Below, piece by piece: positions 26,604-40,200 of a DNA stretch of 64,000 bases. How positions within the stretch are numbered: the stretch's first letter is position 1; every line of letters starts with the position of its first letter. Under the pieces are notes generated by a model. It saw only the letters and a program-made list of their open reading frames with translations, was not told the origin of the DNA and searched no databases. The stretch lies in NCBI RefSeq assembly GCF_009834535.1, contig NC_045696.1:67086001-67150000 (forward strand), in the 5' to 3' direction. This DNA is from Camelus ferus (lineage: Eukaryota). Position numbers and translations under genes: made by a program.

Positions 26604-27706
26604 CACATAACTATACTGACTCTTGTTTGTTAACAATTAAACCCAAGCCTCAAGAAACGATCCAGCTAGTCTGGTCACCATACTTCATACTTTGGGAGAC
26701 TCAGCTTACAGGGAAGAACTTAAATATTAACATGTCCCAAGTACTATTCTGAGCAATTTTCAGGCTTTATGTTATTTTAACTCTCACATGCACCCTGGAT
26801 AAGGTATATGGATAAGAAAACAGAGGCTCTAAGAAGATTGGGTCAGTTGCCTAAGATCTCTGGGTTAGCGAGTATAAAGCCAGGATTTGAACCTAGGCAA
26901 GCAGGAAGATCTTGAGACTTCTTTATAAGGAAATAGCTAAAATGAGGGAGTCCCAAAATCTGAAAATTCTACCTACGTGGTGTTTCTTCGGGATAGAAGA
27001 ATTCACAGAAAGTTAGGTATAAATCTGAGAATTTCCTCCATCTGAATAGAGCTTTGTGCTTCCTCCTCCTTCCCACTTAGCCATGAGATGTAGCATCATT
27101 TGGCCACAAACTGAGACCGAAACTCTCAACATTCTTCCTCCCTCCATGCTGTGTCCACATTATTTCCCGCTCTTAGATTATCGCTGCCCTACCATTGTAT
27201 GCATGTAAAACTCCTACCCGTCCTTTAAGAGAAGTTCATATACAACCTTCCCTAAAAGCCTTCCAGGGGCATCTAGTTTAAATTAATCCTTCTCTCCTTT
27301 CTCCTCGCAAGCTTATACCTTTAAAAAATAGATATCCCAATCTGCTTTATTCTATAGTCACAGCGTGCAAGGATTGGGGGGGTGGGGGTCGTACCTGGCT
27401 CACCTCCTGTGCTGGGAACTCCATCTCAGCTACATCATATTTCCTCTGTCAGTACTCCACAGGACCAGAGACAGCACCTGCACACAGTCTGTAGTTTGAA
27501 GGCCTCTTGAATGAACATGTGAATCCATCAGTGCTCCTAGCTATGAACTATGATGTTTGTATATGGAGATTTGGATAATGAAAACAAATATCCAGGATGT
27601 TTGTGGATGTCAGGGGATAATTTCTTTGACACATTTAGGCTTTATTCTAAAACTAAAGCAAACAAGGCAATTGACTAGATGATTGTGGTAGATGGTACCT
27701 ACTTCT

Positions 27707-27824
27707 TTTTTTTTTAATTATTTATTTTTATTGAGCAGAAAATACAGAGTTCACACATAACCCTCCCCATCCATACATATATACTTCCTTACCCTCAACA
27801 TCCTTCATCAGTGTGGCATATTTG
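27707..27824 (-). mobile_element. 118-bp retroposed L1-type 3' end with perfect TSD
   Basis: TSD GGTACCTACTTCT at 27694-27706 and 27825-27837; poly(T); TTCT/AA endonuclease site. Confidence 0.85.
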
Positions 27825-29409
27825 GGTACCTACTTCTAATAAAACTTAAAAGTACCTTCACAAAATTATTTGGTGTTAAGAATAACAATTTTCAAATGGT
27901 CTAATAGAAATACATACAGGGCAAGGAGTCAGTTTCCACTTTGTTGGTAATGACCCAAACTCACTGTGTAAACTTTGGTCCTCTTTTTGCCCAAAGTGTA
28001 GGGTGATGGTGGTAGAAATAAATGACCTCTAGGCTCTCCTCCAGCTCTGCATGCCTCTAATCCAATAATTCTAATAATTAGATCAATTCTTCCTTCCACA
28101 GGGATGTTCTGTTTCCTAGGACATTCTGCCTCGGCATTCAGAAAATTCCAGATGAATAGTAGTATCAATAACAAAAGACCAGTAAAAGCCACCTGAAGGA
28201 GAAAAGGGTGTGATGTTTGAAGGAAGGAAGCCAGAAATACCGGAGGGACATGATGTGTGAAATGCAGGCTGGGGGTTTAATGAGTTTGAGGCGTGAAAAA
28301 CTCAAGCTTCAGGGCTGCATTCCCTGGCAGTGTTGAGCACAGCGTGTTTCCATGCCCTCTGTGGCCGAGTTCTATTTTAGAATGTGCTCGAGCCTGAGTC
28401 CTCTAACACAGCTGTGACCGTCTGTTAACTTGTAGGCATGGTTCTCCACTCAGGCAAATGGCTCTTGATCTTTTATAGACGGACCTGGGGAAGATGCAGC
28501 TAAAAGAGGACAGACCTGGGAACTGTCAAAGAATTGATTGGTGTGAAAGAGGCGGACTTTACTGAGCCTGAGATGTGTCCTATGGACCAGAGAAGATGGA
28601 AGATTGCTCTACAAAGGTCAGAAGCAAATGGTATGGGGAAGTCTCGCTGGACAACCGCACCCACCAAGAAATGATTCCTTCAGCATTTGAGGGCCCCTCA
28701 AGACTCCTTGGCCATTAACGTTCCTTTCTAGCTAGGACATAACCTCTTGAGACCTTAACCCACGGAAAAAATGAGACCACAGATGAGTGGTTTCACCATG
28801 CCCCCACCCTTCTCCCTTCTGGAATCCCTTCCAAGTCCCAAAGTGCAGAGCTGTCAAGTCCTGCCCTGAATGCTTTGGTTAAGTGGATGCCCAGCCCAAC
28901 TGAGGAAGCTGTGTCAGGGCTGGGTTAAGCCCTCCAGCTGCTGGGAAGAGCAGAAGTGGTCACCATGGAAACAGCCCCTCATCAGTCAAGTAGTGACTCA
29001 CAAGGAGGTCACTGGGATGCAAAGGGGACTAGAATCCTTGGAAAGACTACACCTTTTTCCTTGAAAAGAGATGACTACACTCTTGAAAAACAAGGCAACT
29101 GCTTCCAAGATGGAGTGAAAATAGTTAGGGTTGCTTCTGTCTCCTGAATTTAGTGCCCTGATACTGTGAAGGCAGAAAGGTCCCCATTTCTGTGAATTTT
29201 GCTACTGCAGCCAGTTCCGCTGATACAACTCAATGTCAGACAGTGAAGAGAACTTCGAGTGTTATCTAGTCAAGTTTCATTTTTTATGGAAATAGCTGAG
29301 GGTTCAGCAGTGAATAGCCTGTCCAAGGCCCATATGGTGAATCAGTGGGAAAGCCAGGACTATAATCAAGATTTCGTACTCCAGACCTGTTATTTCTTTC
29401 ACAATCCTG

Positions 29410-30405
29410 GGCCACTGGATTTTATATAAAGCTAATAAAAATTAAATTTCAAAATACCTCATTTAATGTGTCCTTTCTGAGGCAGTAAGAGGGACCCTAG
29501 CAATATATTCCCATGGCCATTTTCCTTTTCTTTTCTTCCCTTACTTTTCAAAAGTAAATTTTATTTAACTGAAATTGGTTAAAAATGCTGTCCCTCTCCA
29601 TTCAGTCTCCCCTTTTATCACTCTTCCCCTCAAATTGGATGTCAGAATGACCGTGGGCATTTGTGAGATATGGTTAAAGGGAAGTTGAGGTAAGTTAGCA
29701 TTTAGTTGGGGACAGTAGGATACAATTAAATGGTCCCTAGTCACTTTCTTGAAGAGTTAAGTTATTCTTTATCTTGATATAGGACTGGCTTCTACTTCTG
29801 TAACAAACTAGCACCAAGATTCAAAGGAAGAACAAGGCCAAAGTTCAGCTCCTGTGAAGATGCTAATAACCCCTAAAGCATCTGGCACAGGAAAGATGAA
29901 GATAGTGGAGAACAATGATTAAACTACATAGAGCCAGGAGGTAGTCTGTGAAAACGCTTCCAAATTTCACGTTACATGTGTGGGAGAAACTTGGTATTTT
30001 CCGTTATCAATAATGACTTGTAGGGCTGAATAAAACTTTTCTCAACTGTCAATAATAACTTTATTAAAATACATTTCAATAAACAGAAGAAAAATTGAAT
30101 TATCTATTCTTGTAGAAAAACTTTTTAAAATGTATTGTCATAGAAGTTGTCAACCAATATGCAGTCAACAATGGGTATAAATAAAGTCTTATTAATTAAT
30201 AAAGGCATTATGTTACTTTCTGAATTTTTAATTTTTGTAGTAAATTTCAGGTTTGTCATATCTGTATTTTTAATTGATTGAGATGTATTTTATTATTCAA
30301 AAATGTTCACTTTTGTTCCTAATTTTGTATTTATAAATTTATATTCTTTTTTCTGAAAGGGAACCCCCTCCATCATACAAGCTGCATGGAATCTGGATCT
30401 GTCTC
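29410..30405 (-). mobile_element. Zaphod/MER115-like hAT-Tip100 relic
   Basis: Reverse strand end gacagatccagatt...gcttgtatgat...aaaaaagaatataaatt...tacaaaattagg. Confidence 0.6.
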
Positions 30406-32180
30406 CTGCCTGAAATACCTCTTTAATGAGTTTTCATTAATCACAGGATTACTGGAAATAATAGGAAATGTCCTAGGTGTGTTGTGTGGATCAGGAATCC
30501 ATTATTACTGTAGAGTCACGCTAGCACAATCTTCATTGGAATTTAGCAATTTAGAAGAAAGGTGTTCAGAGTCATTTGCATCACACACAGGAACAATTCC
30601 TGACGCCAGATTCATCTGGGTCAGTTTCATTACCAGTAACAGGAGAAAAGCCTTATAATACTTTACTATTACTCATCAGTGTTATGTTTGTATACTGCCT
30701 TATCTCCCAAGCAACCAAAACACTTCACCTCATTTCATTTCACCAAATTCAATTCACCTTCCAAATATGCACATTTGCAAAATATGTCTGGGGGACGGGT
30801 TATTTTAGCCTGTTTTACAGAAGGAGTGGGCTCAAGGACAGGGATGAGTTATTGAAATTCAAATTACTCAATTCCATGTCTAATATGTTCTCTACTTAAA
30901 AATTGCTGTGAGTGGTAAATAAATAATGAGTATGAAATATCTTAACCCAGAAACTAGCATATGAGTGCATGGTAAATTTTAGTTTAATTTGGGTGATTCT
31001 TTACTGATAGGTAAGCATTTGCCAACTTGGGTTCATGAAATACCCAGATGCCCAGAGGCATTTCTCTAGTTCCTTGAAAGAAAATGTGGTCACAGTACAT
31101 AAACTTCAAATTTCTCTTTTCCAACATGAACCATAGGTTTTTAAACCTGAAACAAGAAAACCAACCCATTACTTTTTTGCAAACTTGAGTAGTTAGGAAA
31201 TTTTACTATGAACAGATCGGTGAGGTGATTTGTCATCAGAAGACCTACCTTGACTGTCAACTTCCCTACTATCCAGGTGCATGACCTTGGTCAAGTCATT
31301 GTATCTATTATGATTTTGATTTCTTTACCTGCAAAAGAAGGATATTAATAATTTATAGGCCTGTAAGAAAAATCACAAAATAGTATGTGATAAATTTGGA
31401 GACATATAGACAATGAGTTGTTATTTTTGCACCAGCAAAGTAAGACGGAGAATGAAAGGAAAGTAGCAGATAGTTTGTCTCATATTCCTCTTTCTGCAAG
31501 CCCCATCACTTCTTTCCTCAGAATTGCTAAGTGCAGACAAGTGTGACACTGCTTAATGATTCCAGAACAGAATGCAAATGTTTATAACCTGGGTAATCTA
31601 GAAGTAATTGCTCATTTGAAAAAAGGTAAGAAAAAAAATAAGAGTTGCTCGAGAAAGCTAGAGTTGTCTTGCTAACGTCTTTACGCTCATAGAGGGGAGA
31701 TGAGATAGAAACTAAAGTTGATAGGGGAATAGAAGTAACAAATGTTATCCACAGAAAAGTGAAAATAAACATTTAAGGAGCAAAGAGAAGTGTGAAGTAT
31801 AGTGTATGTGAAGTGGGTCTGGTTCTTTCATAGAAGGGAAGTCAGTAGATAATATCTGATACTGATAAATCAATAAAGAGACTATAGAAACATATTTTTC
31901 AGTTATGAAGGTAACTATCAGCAGAATCAGAAGGAAAATTCTTAAAATCAGTTACCACTCAGCTGGAAAAGGGAAGAGATGAATAGGGAAGCTGCTGGTT
32001 TCCAACACAACTCGTCTGTATCATTTGATTTTCTTTCCCATTTGGTAAAATATGGTAGGAATAAAAAAACTGAAAAAAGCAAGTGTTCTTTTTTATATTT
32101 GTTGGCATCAATATAATCTCAAATATTCAATGTTGTATCATTAAGTATTCCATTTTCAGCATCTTTTTCTTCACTCTATA

Positions 32181-32375
32181 CCTGTGCTGTTTAACAGGAG
32201 AGCCACAAGACACATGTGGCTATATGAGATTAAATTAAAGTAATAAAATTTAAATTAATTAAAATCAAATAAAATTTCAGTTCCTAAGTCTTATCTGCCA
32301 TATTTCATGACTAACGGCTACCGTGTGGTACAGCACAGAATTATGGAATTTTCCATTATTGCAGAAAGTTCTATA
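32181..32375. mobile_element. MER3-like hAT-Charlie MITE
   Basis: gccacaagacacatgtggcta...ttcagttcct...ggctaccgtgtggtacagcac...gcagaaagttctat. Confidence 0.8.
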
Positions 32376-33302
32376 TCCTCACTCTAAGCAATTTCATGTG
32401 CACTTGAGCTTTCAACTACCACTCATTCTTGGATCACTCCCTGACCTTTATCTCTGGCCAAAGATCTTATCTCCTAAGCAACGTGCCTTCACATGTGCTT
32501 GTTGATTAGACAGAAATATTTTCATTTGAGGTCCCACAGCCCTTCATACTGAAATTATCCAAATTCAAATGCATTGTATTTCCTGTGGAAGTCATGTTTA
32601 CTTCCTATATTTCCTACCTCTACTGTTGGAACCATCATCTGAAAAGTCACTAGAATCTGATGGCTGATCTCTACCGCTTGCAGCTCACACTCCCTGAAGC
32701 TGAAGGCAGTACGGGAGAGCCTCAGCTCATCTCTTCTTCCTCACATACTTCTTCTGGCCAGAATATCTGCTAGGTCATCATGTTCTACTTATTCTAGGCA
32801 CGGCTTACACTTCTGCTAACCTAGCTCTGTTCTAAAACCAACAAACTCCTGACTGGCTCTCTGGGCATCACTCAGCTAGTTTTATTTATGATATATATAT
32901 TTTTTTACCCCAGGAAAAATGCCATTCCTCACTTTCTGTAATTATGACACGTACTGAGTGTTGCTATGTGTTTTTGATATAACCACAGAGAAGTCTGGGG
33001 AATAAAAAGACCTTTGGTAAAATCAAAATACTATTTCTTCCTGAGGTCAGGGAGAAGACCTAAGTTGGTCTGCTGCTCTGTAAAATCAGACCACAAAAAG
33101 ACTGTGGTTTCATGGAAGCTTAGACATGTGCTGCTGACCTGGGTTAAAACCAAAATGTCTATGGCATCAGCATCATAAAAGACATTTTCTGATCACCTAA
33201 TATAGGTAAAAGTCTCTAGTAGAGGAGAAATTTGGATACCTTGAGTATACAATCAAGGGGGGGAAGCAGTTTAACAGTCACTATTTTAAATGTAAGTTAG
33301 GC

Positions 33303-34052
33303 TGTGGATTCAGTAAAATGGCCAGCTCAACACCTCTCTTGACCTTATTCTAGTAGGCATTTTTTTTTTTTTTACTGTGGAAGTTATAAAGCTAAACATT
33401 ACAATTTTCAGATCCCTTTGTAGCTAGATTCTGGATATGATTAAGTTCTGAGTTAATCCAGGTCTCCCACCAATCAGTACAAAGTCTTGGCCAAGTTTCA
33501 TAGCCTCTTTGTCCTTCACATTCCTCGTTTCAAAATAGAGGTTGTGACTTTGATATTATATTGAGAGATTTATTTGAGGATTCATTGATATAATGAATGC
33601 GAAGACCTTTGCACACTGCCTGGGACCTATAGGCACTCAATAAATTCTTACAATTACTATTAAAGGGAAGAAATGGAATGTCCTTCTCTTGTCCTGCTTC
33701 AGAATAAGTAAGGAGGAAGAGGGCAGAATGTGTCACATTCATTTTGCTGGTACAGATCTAGCAGACGCAACATGGCTCTGGAACAGTTCCAGTAAAAGCT
33801 CCTGATCACTGAGTGGTAGCTAAGGTGGTGTGATCCTGGTACCTGCTGTTCTGATAGCAACTTCCTGATTGCCTAGCTTCTTGTGTGTGACAAGAATATA
33901 TGGCAAGAGAGATAACCAATCCTTGGGTGGGCCAATTTTGCAGTGTCATAATGGGAATCACTTCCCATATATTAAATTCCATATATTAAAACACCTTGAG
34001 TTTAAAATGATGAAATGGTTTATATCATGTGGAAAATGAACCCAACCTGATA
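33303..34052 (+). mobile_element. LTR33-like ERVL LTR interrupted by a MIR (~33450-33660)
   Basis: ttttcagatccctttgtagctag 5' part; tail ...gaacccaacctgata; MIR end gcactcaataaa inside. Confidence 0.55.
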
Positions 34053-34199
34053 TAGGCAAAATGGAAGAAACAGCATCATGTCTCTACTTTTAAGACGCTG
34101 CCGTGGCTTTGTGAGGTATGTGTGGCAGTAACTGGATCACATCCCTACTCCAGATCTGTTTCCTCAGTTATAAAATGGGAAGTAGTCTTGAAGCAGAAC

Positions 34200-35570
34200 A
34201 TGGAAATGGAATTCCATTTATTCTGCCCACTAGGAGGAATTTCCTTCACAGTCTTTTTTCGGTGCCACCATGGAGTAGATGCCGCGGTGGTCCACTTCCA
34301 GATGATGGAGCATATTGTGCAAAAACATCTGTAAATTAAGCTTGTTTCTCTTCTCTCAATCTGTTGGTTATAGAGAACTCTCCATGAAACCCTAATTGTG
34401 GGTTGAGCAAGAGAAGATGTAGTGGGAATAGGTACCCTAGTTCTCTGGGACACTTACTTGCAACTTGCTTGACGTTCAGGACCTGCTTGAGCCTTGTCAG
34501 GTACATATCAGCTCCAACTGACAATAGAGTGCTACTGTGCATGCCCAAGTATATGACTTTGTGAGTCAGATAACATCCAGTTCATTATGCACAGCGTAAG
34601 TTGCATTGCAACTTGGTGGTATACGGTCAAGTGCTGGAGCTCTGCTAGGACCCAGTAGCAATCCAAAAGGGAAATTGATACCTCAGAGAATGGAATATCT
34701 TTGCCTAAAACCCTCAGGGCTATCCAGTGATTTACCCAGAGGGGCTGGCCAAAGTTTCCCTGTAGCATCTCTAAATGCAGCAGATACTTCAAGCACCATT
34801 GGATCTACTGGGTATACAGCTCAAATGACAAAGTAGCTTCCACAGCAGCATGGAGCTCTTCCAGACCCTTCTCCTGTTCGGTCCCCCACTAAAAGCTACC
34901 AAGCTTTTGGGTTACTTGGTTAATGGGTTCAAATAGCAAACCCAAATGAGATACACATTGCCTCCAAAATCTGAAGAACCCTATTAGGCATGCTGACTCT
35001 TCCTTAGTAATAGCGGGGCAGAACTTTGCCATTTGCCTTAGGAGGTATATCTTGACATGTCTCAGACCACTGATACCCTAGAATAGTCACTAGTGTGACT
35101 TTTGTTGACAATAGCCTTGGAATTTTGGAGAGATATATTTCCATGTATGTGTCACACAAGTATTGGAATCATTGCTACTTCCTGTTCACCTGGTTGTATC
35201 AACACATGATATCATCAGTAAAACAGACCAACGTGATGACTTACAGAACACAGAGGTGATCCAGTTTCCTGTTGGTTAGAATGTGACACAGGTTTGGAAG
35301 GTTGATGTACATTGTTGAGTACACTGCTGGTCCTAACATCTGAAAGTAAACTGCCCCTGACAGTTTTTTAACATCAGGTAAAAAGAAAAAAAAAAAATTG
35401 CCATATCAATAACTGCATACCAGGTACCAGGGAACTTATTGTTTTTCTCAAGCAAAGACAAACCAACCAACCAACCAACCAACCAACAAAAAGCCACATC
35501 TGGATCAAAAATTGTAAGAGTCAGCACCTGATTAAATGTACAATAATCATTCTCATTCTGCATTGTTTCT
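34200..35570 (-). mobile_element. ERV-L pol relic (RT, tether, RNase H)
   Basis: Translated fragments SLLEKNNKFPGTWYAVIDMAIFFFS (RT, cf. HERV-L PGTWYAAIDLANAFFS), degenerate FTDDIM (YIDD), LLDCYWVLAELQHLT...IMNWMLSD, WKWTTAA; stops and frameshifts throughout. Confidence 0.88.
35462..35487. repeat. (AACC)n microsatellite within the ERV-L RT relic
   Basis: aaccaaccaaccaaccaaccaaccaa. Confidence 0.9.
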
Positions 35571-35624
35571 AGACTTATAACCAAATTCAACTTCTAATAA
35601 ATAAGTAAAATAGTGTTATTCATG

Positions 35625-36148
35625 TGAAGGTGTAATATGACCCTAAAAAATTACAGATAACTGGAGAACATACATGGGAGCTGATCCTAAGAGTGTTAGA
35701 TCAAGGTGGAAGCAATATAATGTTGGAGCAAACAAAAATTATTGTTTAGAGTGCACCAGAATAGATTTTGAATTCAGTGTGTTTGAGTCACTAAAAATGG
35801 CTCCAAGAGTTTGCTTGGTTAATTGACTGAAACATGGACCCAAAGGAAGTGTATACTGAATGAAGCTGAAATGCTAGAAGAAGGCAGACAAAGGTTAGGG
35901 AGATTGTGATGCTCAAGCAGATTTATTATGTAAGAACTCCTCAGTTACCCTCTAACTATACCCCCTCAGAAGTTCCAGAGACACTTCTTCACTGAGACCA
36001 TGAGAAGTACGTTTGTGAGGGGAAACTCAACATTCTTAAACAGTTTCATTGTGGCTATTCTCTGTAGGCCAAAAATGACAGTGGTAACTGTTGCCATTGA
36101 ATTGGGCAATCTGAATGCAGTGAGGATAAGGGTATCATGGGGTGGTAG
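35625..36148 (+). mobile_element. ERV-L gag relic
   Basis: ggagaacatacatgggagctgatcctaagagtgttagatcaaggtggaagcaatata = GEHTWELILRVLDQGGSNI (cf. ERV-L gag WEWILRVWDNGGRNI); later tttgtgagggga and ctctgtaggcc motifs. Confidence 0.82.
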
Positions 36149-36989
36149 ACGCTGATTCAAATCAGACTTCGGTTTACTTTAGCTTATACACACTGAATAA
36201 GACTTGAGCGGACTGCCCATCCATTTTTGCTCCGGGGACAAAATGATCAGCCAACCAAGGCCAAAGATCTCTGTGGATGAAATCATTCTGATTACTGCTT
36301 CGGCTCAGCTGTCAATCATGGTAACCATTCCCACCTTGTCCTCTAGATTGAAGATGGAAAAAAATCCCACTTAAAAGGAATGTTAGTTGCCAAATACTAT
36401 AGAAAAGTAAGTTTGACACTGACTTGGGATAAAATATTAAACAGATAGTTTAGGGAAGACTTAACAAATAAATTTAAAATTCAAAAAAGAAAAGGAGTGA
36501 TTACTATGAGCTAATATAAGTTCATTACAAATAATCCATACTAAAGTGGCCTCATTTGTTCCTTAAATGAGATTACTAAATCAGAAAAGAAGATGTTATA
36601 TATTATAGATAGCATGAAGTTGCTCATAAGCTTCATGTGGGAAAAAAAATGGTATGATAAAGAAAACCTGGATTTCATTAATAACAATTTATTGGCAAAT
36701 GAAAAGCAACTACGTTCTAACCTGCACTGGTCAGATTATATTTGAACTGCCATGCCAGAGTTGAATATAATATTTTAAATGCTAACCAAACAGAATAGTC
36801 CACAAACAAGAGATAAGTTAAGTAAGGGTTCTGGATAATCCATCATATGAAGAATGGTTGTGGTAACTAGGATTTTTCTGTCAAAAAGAACACAAAAAAT
36901 AAACAAACAAAAATAAAACTGCTTTGTTGGACGAGCACCAGTCAGTCTGCCTTTATTTGAAGTGCAGCCACATGAAATAGGGAACTGAT

Positions 36990-37275
36990 TTACTTGGAGT
37001 AACTTCAAAGGAAGATCAAGGACCAAACAGATATATTTTCAGGGAGGAAGATTTGGATATAATATTTAGAAAAACCTTCTACTCACTGTCATTGCTTAGC
37101 AGTAGAAAGAACTGTTGTAGCAAGCAAGGGATTCTCTGCCCTGACAATGTTTTTTTGCAGAAACTGAGTCTGCATCTGCTGTGTGTGTGTTTTGATTGAG
37201 GGCATTCCTGCAGTAGGTAGGAAGCTAAACTACATGACCTTTAAGGTCCCCTCCAATCTCAGTTTCAATAATTCC
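36990..37275 (+). mobile_element. L3/CR1 3' fragment (further CR1-like pieces ~39080-39250 and ~39860-40360)
   Basis: agggaggaagattt...atgacctttaaggtcccctccaatctc CR1-type tail. Confidence 0.6.
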
Positions 37276-40200
37276 ATAAAGAGTGAGCAGGAATATAAAA
37301 GGAAGGGAAGGTAATTCCTGAGATGCATGGGGTAGGAACTGTGGACAGGATGTGAGAGACAAGGTGGCAGTTCTGAGAAATTTATCTCAATATATTCTCT
37401 ACTCATAATGGAGCTTCTCATTATCTCATTTCTACCTAAAAACACAAGAGTGAATTAAACTGGACCTACTGTCTTCTCACCTCAAATTAGCTAATGACAC
37501 ATGATTTAGATGAAATGCCTTTCCCTGGGAATGGGGGTGTACGGAAAGGGCAATGGCCAGGAATAGAAAGATGGAAGGTTTAGCATTTGCTCCCAGTATC
37601 GCCCAATATCCACCATCTGCTTTTTGACTAATTTCTGGCAAATTCCATTTGGCTTCACTGAAAAGGAGACTTGTGAGATATTTACTAGGAACCTTTTAAA
37701 ACTGAGTGTAAAATAATTCCTCAGATACAAGATCTAGGCTCAGAAGCAGCCTCATGACTTTGCCTCTAGTATTTCACATTGTAGCCCTGAAAGGACTTAG
37801 ATTTTTGAGGCCAGTGAAAGGATTTAGCAGAGGATATCATAATTCTTCCTTGTGGCTCCAAAATTGTCCTAAGGCATTGCTACCATCGAGTGGAATAAGG
37901 TAAGTCTCAATCAAGTCTCAGTCACTCCCAGGGCCTCAAACTGGGTTCTTCCTGGGCCTCTGAGGACCTGCTATCTGCTAGGAAATCAGGAGGCCTGGTC
38001 CCTCAGTGCCTGCGGAGCACGTTGTGGGAGGTGCAGACCAAAGGTGAGTTTACACACCAGTGACTAAAGTTTCCTGCCACTAAGCATAAGAAGTCACTCA
38101 TGAGCAGCGTCCCTAAACCACAGCTACAGGATGTGGGCACCAGCCCTTGTATAATTGTTGGCCAAGAGCCAATGAGCATTCATCCCTGTGCAAATACTTG
38201 GGGTTTTTTTTGTTGTTAACCTTTGAAAACCACAGGCATTAGTCTCTCTCTTTCTTCCCTTTGGCACGAGTCATCTTCTTTTCTCCAACTTGGGTCTCTT
38301 GTGTGTAAAGAATTTCTGAGGAGCTTTTAAGCCTTAATTTAATACCTTTGCCCTCCCCTCCCCTGCCCCACAAAATGCCAGGCAGGGGTAAAATTGCCTT
38401 ACAAAATCTTCGCTGGCTCTGCTGGCTTCCGCAGCTTTGTTTGGGCTTTTTGATCAGATAGGAAATCAGAGAGCTCTATGAGTGACCTTAGCCTTTAAGA
38501 AAATACAGGCAATTTCTGGAAATTCCCTCTAAACAACGGTGACCTATTGTTTTCTCGCCTCAGAATTAACCCAGAAATTATGATGCCCTGATTGAGATGA
38601 AGTGTCTTTTCCTGGGATTGGAGACACATGGAAAGAGTATGGGTCAGGACTAGGAGATTGGAAGCGTTTAGAGTTTAATCCTAGTAGTGCCAACAATTCA
38701 CCACCTGCTTTTTGAGTGATTTCTCTCCAGTTCCTAGGCCCTGACTTCCTGTTCTGTGAATGAAAGCGTTGGATTAGACGGCTTCTGTGCTTTCTTGGCC
38801 CCAGGGCTTCAAGCGTCAGCTTCCTGAGTCTTGCTTCAGCAAAGGGATGATGAGACTGGGACTCTGGCTTCTCTTTCCTGCCTTAGAAGATGGCCAAAGG
38901 GCAGGCTCCTAAAGAAGTCCAGTGGCACACTCGGGGGTCAGGCATGGTGATTCTTGGCTGCTCCTCTTTCTGTAAGTGTTAGAGAATCCACCAGCCTAGC
39001 TTCTGTAACCCAGATGTCCCACATTTAGGTATGGAAACCCAGGCTGAACCTACTCTAGCAGAGGAATTTTATTTTTAAATGAAAGAGATGGAAGCTGGAA
39101 ACTACAGAATCTCAATCACCAGAAGGAGAACTCTCCAACCATCAGAACTGCCCAAAATGGATCAGAAGACTGTGAGCAATCTGTCAACAGAGTTGTTCAA
39201 ACAGTTTCTGAAAGGAGACTTATTGGGGATTTTCTAGTAAGATTTCCCGAATGGACGAATATCAGACAGAGAAGATGGCCAACCATGACATTTTTATGAT
39301 GACATGCTCTGTGTTTAAGGCCTCTGTGTCGTATCTAATCTTATTCCCAATCAGACCTATGATGACTCTCTGGGAAGCTTTCTTGGTACAGTTCAGATGA
39401 CAGTCTGAAGGAAAAGCCCAGGCATACCTGTGAGTCTCCAGGTTTGTGCTTTGTGGCTGCCTGTTGACCTCACGGACAAGGAGCCCTTGTGAAAACACCG
39501 CGTGCCAAATGGGGAAAAGATGGTCAGTAGGCCCATAGTGATCAAGAAACAATTCCCAGAAGAACTGAATTTAGTTCTCTTGGATGTTGTTCCAGTTTCT
39601 GCTGCCAAAGTGACATCACCCTGAAGGCAGATATTCAGTGATTTTTATTTCATAAAATAATTTAACCTCATTTCCTTGAGTCCTCACAGGATCTTCATGA
39701 AGTAGGCAGAAGAGATAGTGTCTCTTTTTACAGATGAAGAAATTAAAACTTAGAAAATTAAGGTAATTTTCCAGGGTCTCACATGACTGATTCAACTTTT
39801 TCCAAAGAAAAAAAGTGTCTGTTATCTAGTCATTAGCAACAATTATTTGGAGAATCATGCAGTCTCTGGCTTTAAAGGATCTTATCTATCATCTCCTCAG
39901 CAATCCCTTTCACAATACCCACTCTATCTAGTCCCTACTTGTGCACATCAAGTGATGGAGGACTCCCTATTTCAAGGAGCAACCCACCCCATCTTTGGAC
40001 ATTTCTAACTCTAAGGACCTCTTTCTTTCTTATCTTAAACTGACATCCAAATTCCTGAATCCTCTTATTCTCTGGTTATAGTCCAGCTTTCTAGATCCCA
40101 TTTATCAGTTTCTGGAATATCCCACAGGATGGTCTGTGTGAAATGTGAAGATGGTTCTCATGTCATCTCTGGGATCACTCTTCTCCGCACTTAACAGCTG

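Noticed and set aside
26288..26752. Longest ORF (154 aa)
   Set aside because: Runs through a MIR and a MER81; typical repeat-derived translation.
34145..36148. Domesticated ERV-L gag/pol gene (Fv1-like)
   Set aside because: Many stops and frameshifts plus a microsatellite inside RT; no intact frame.
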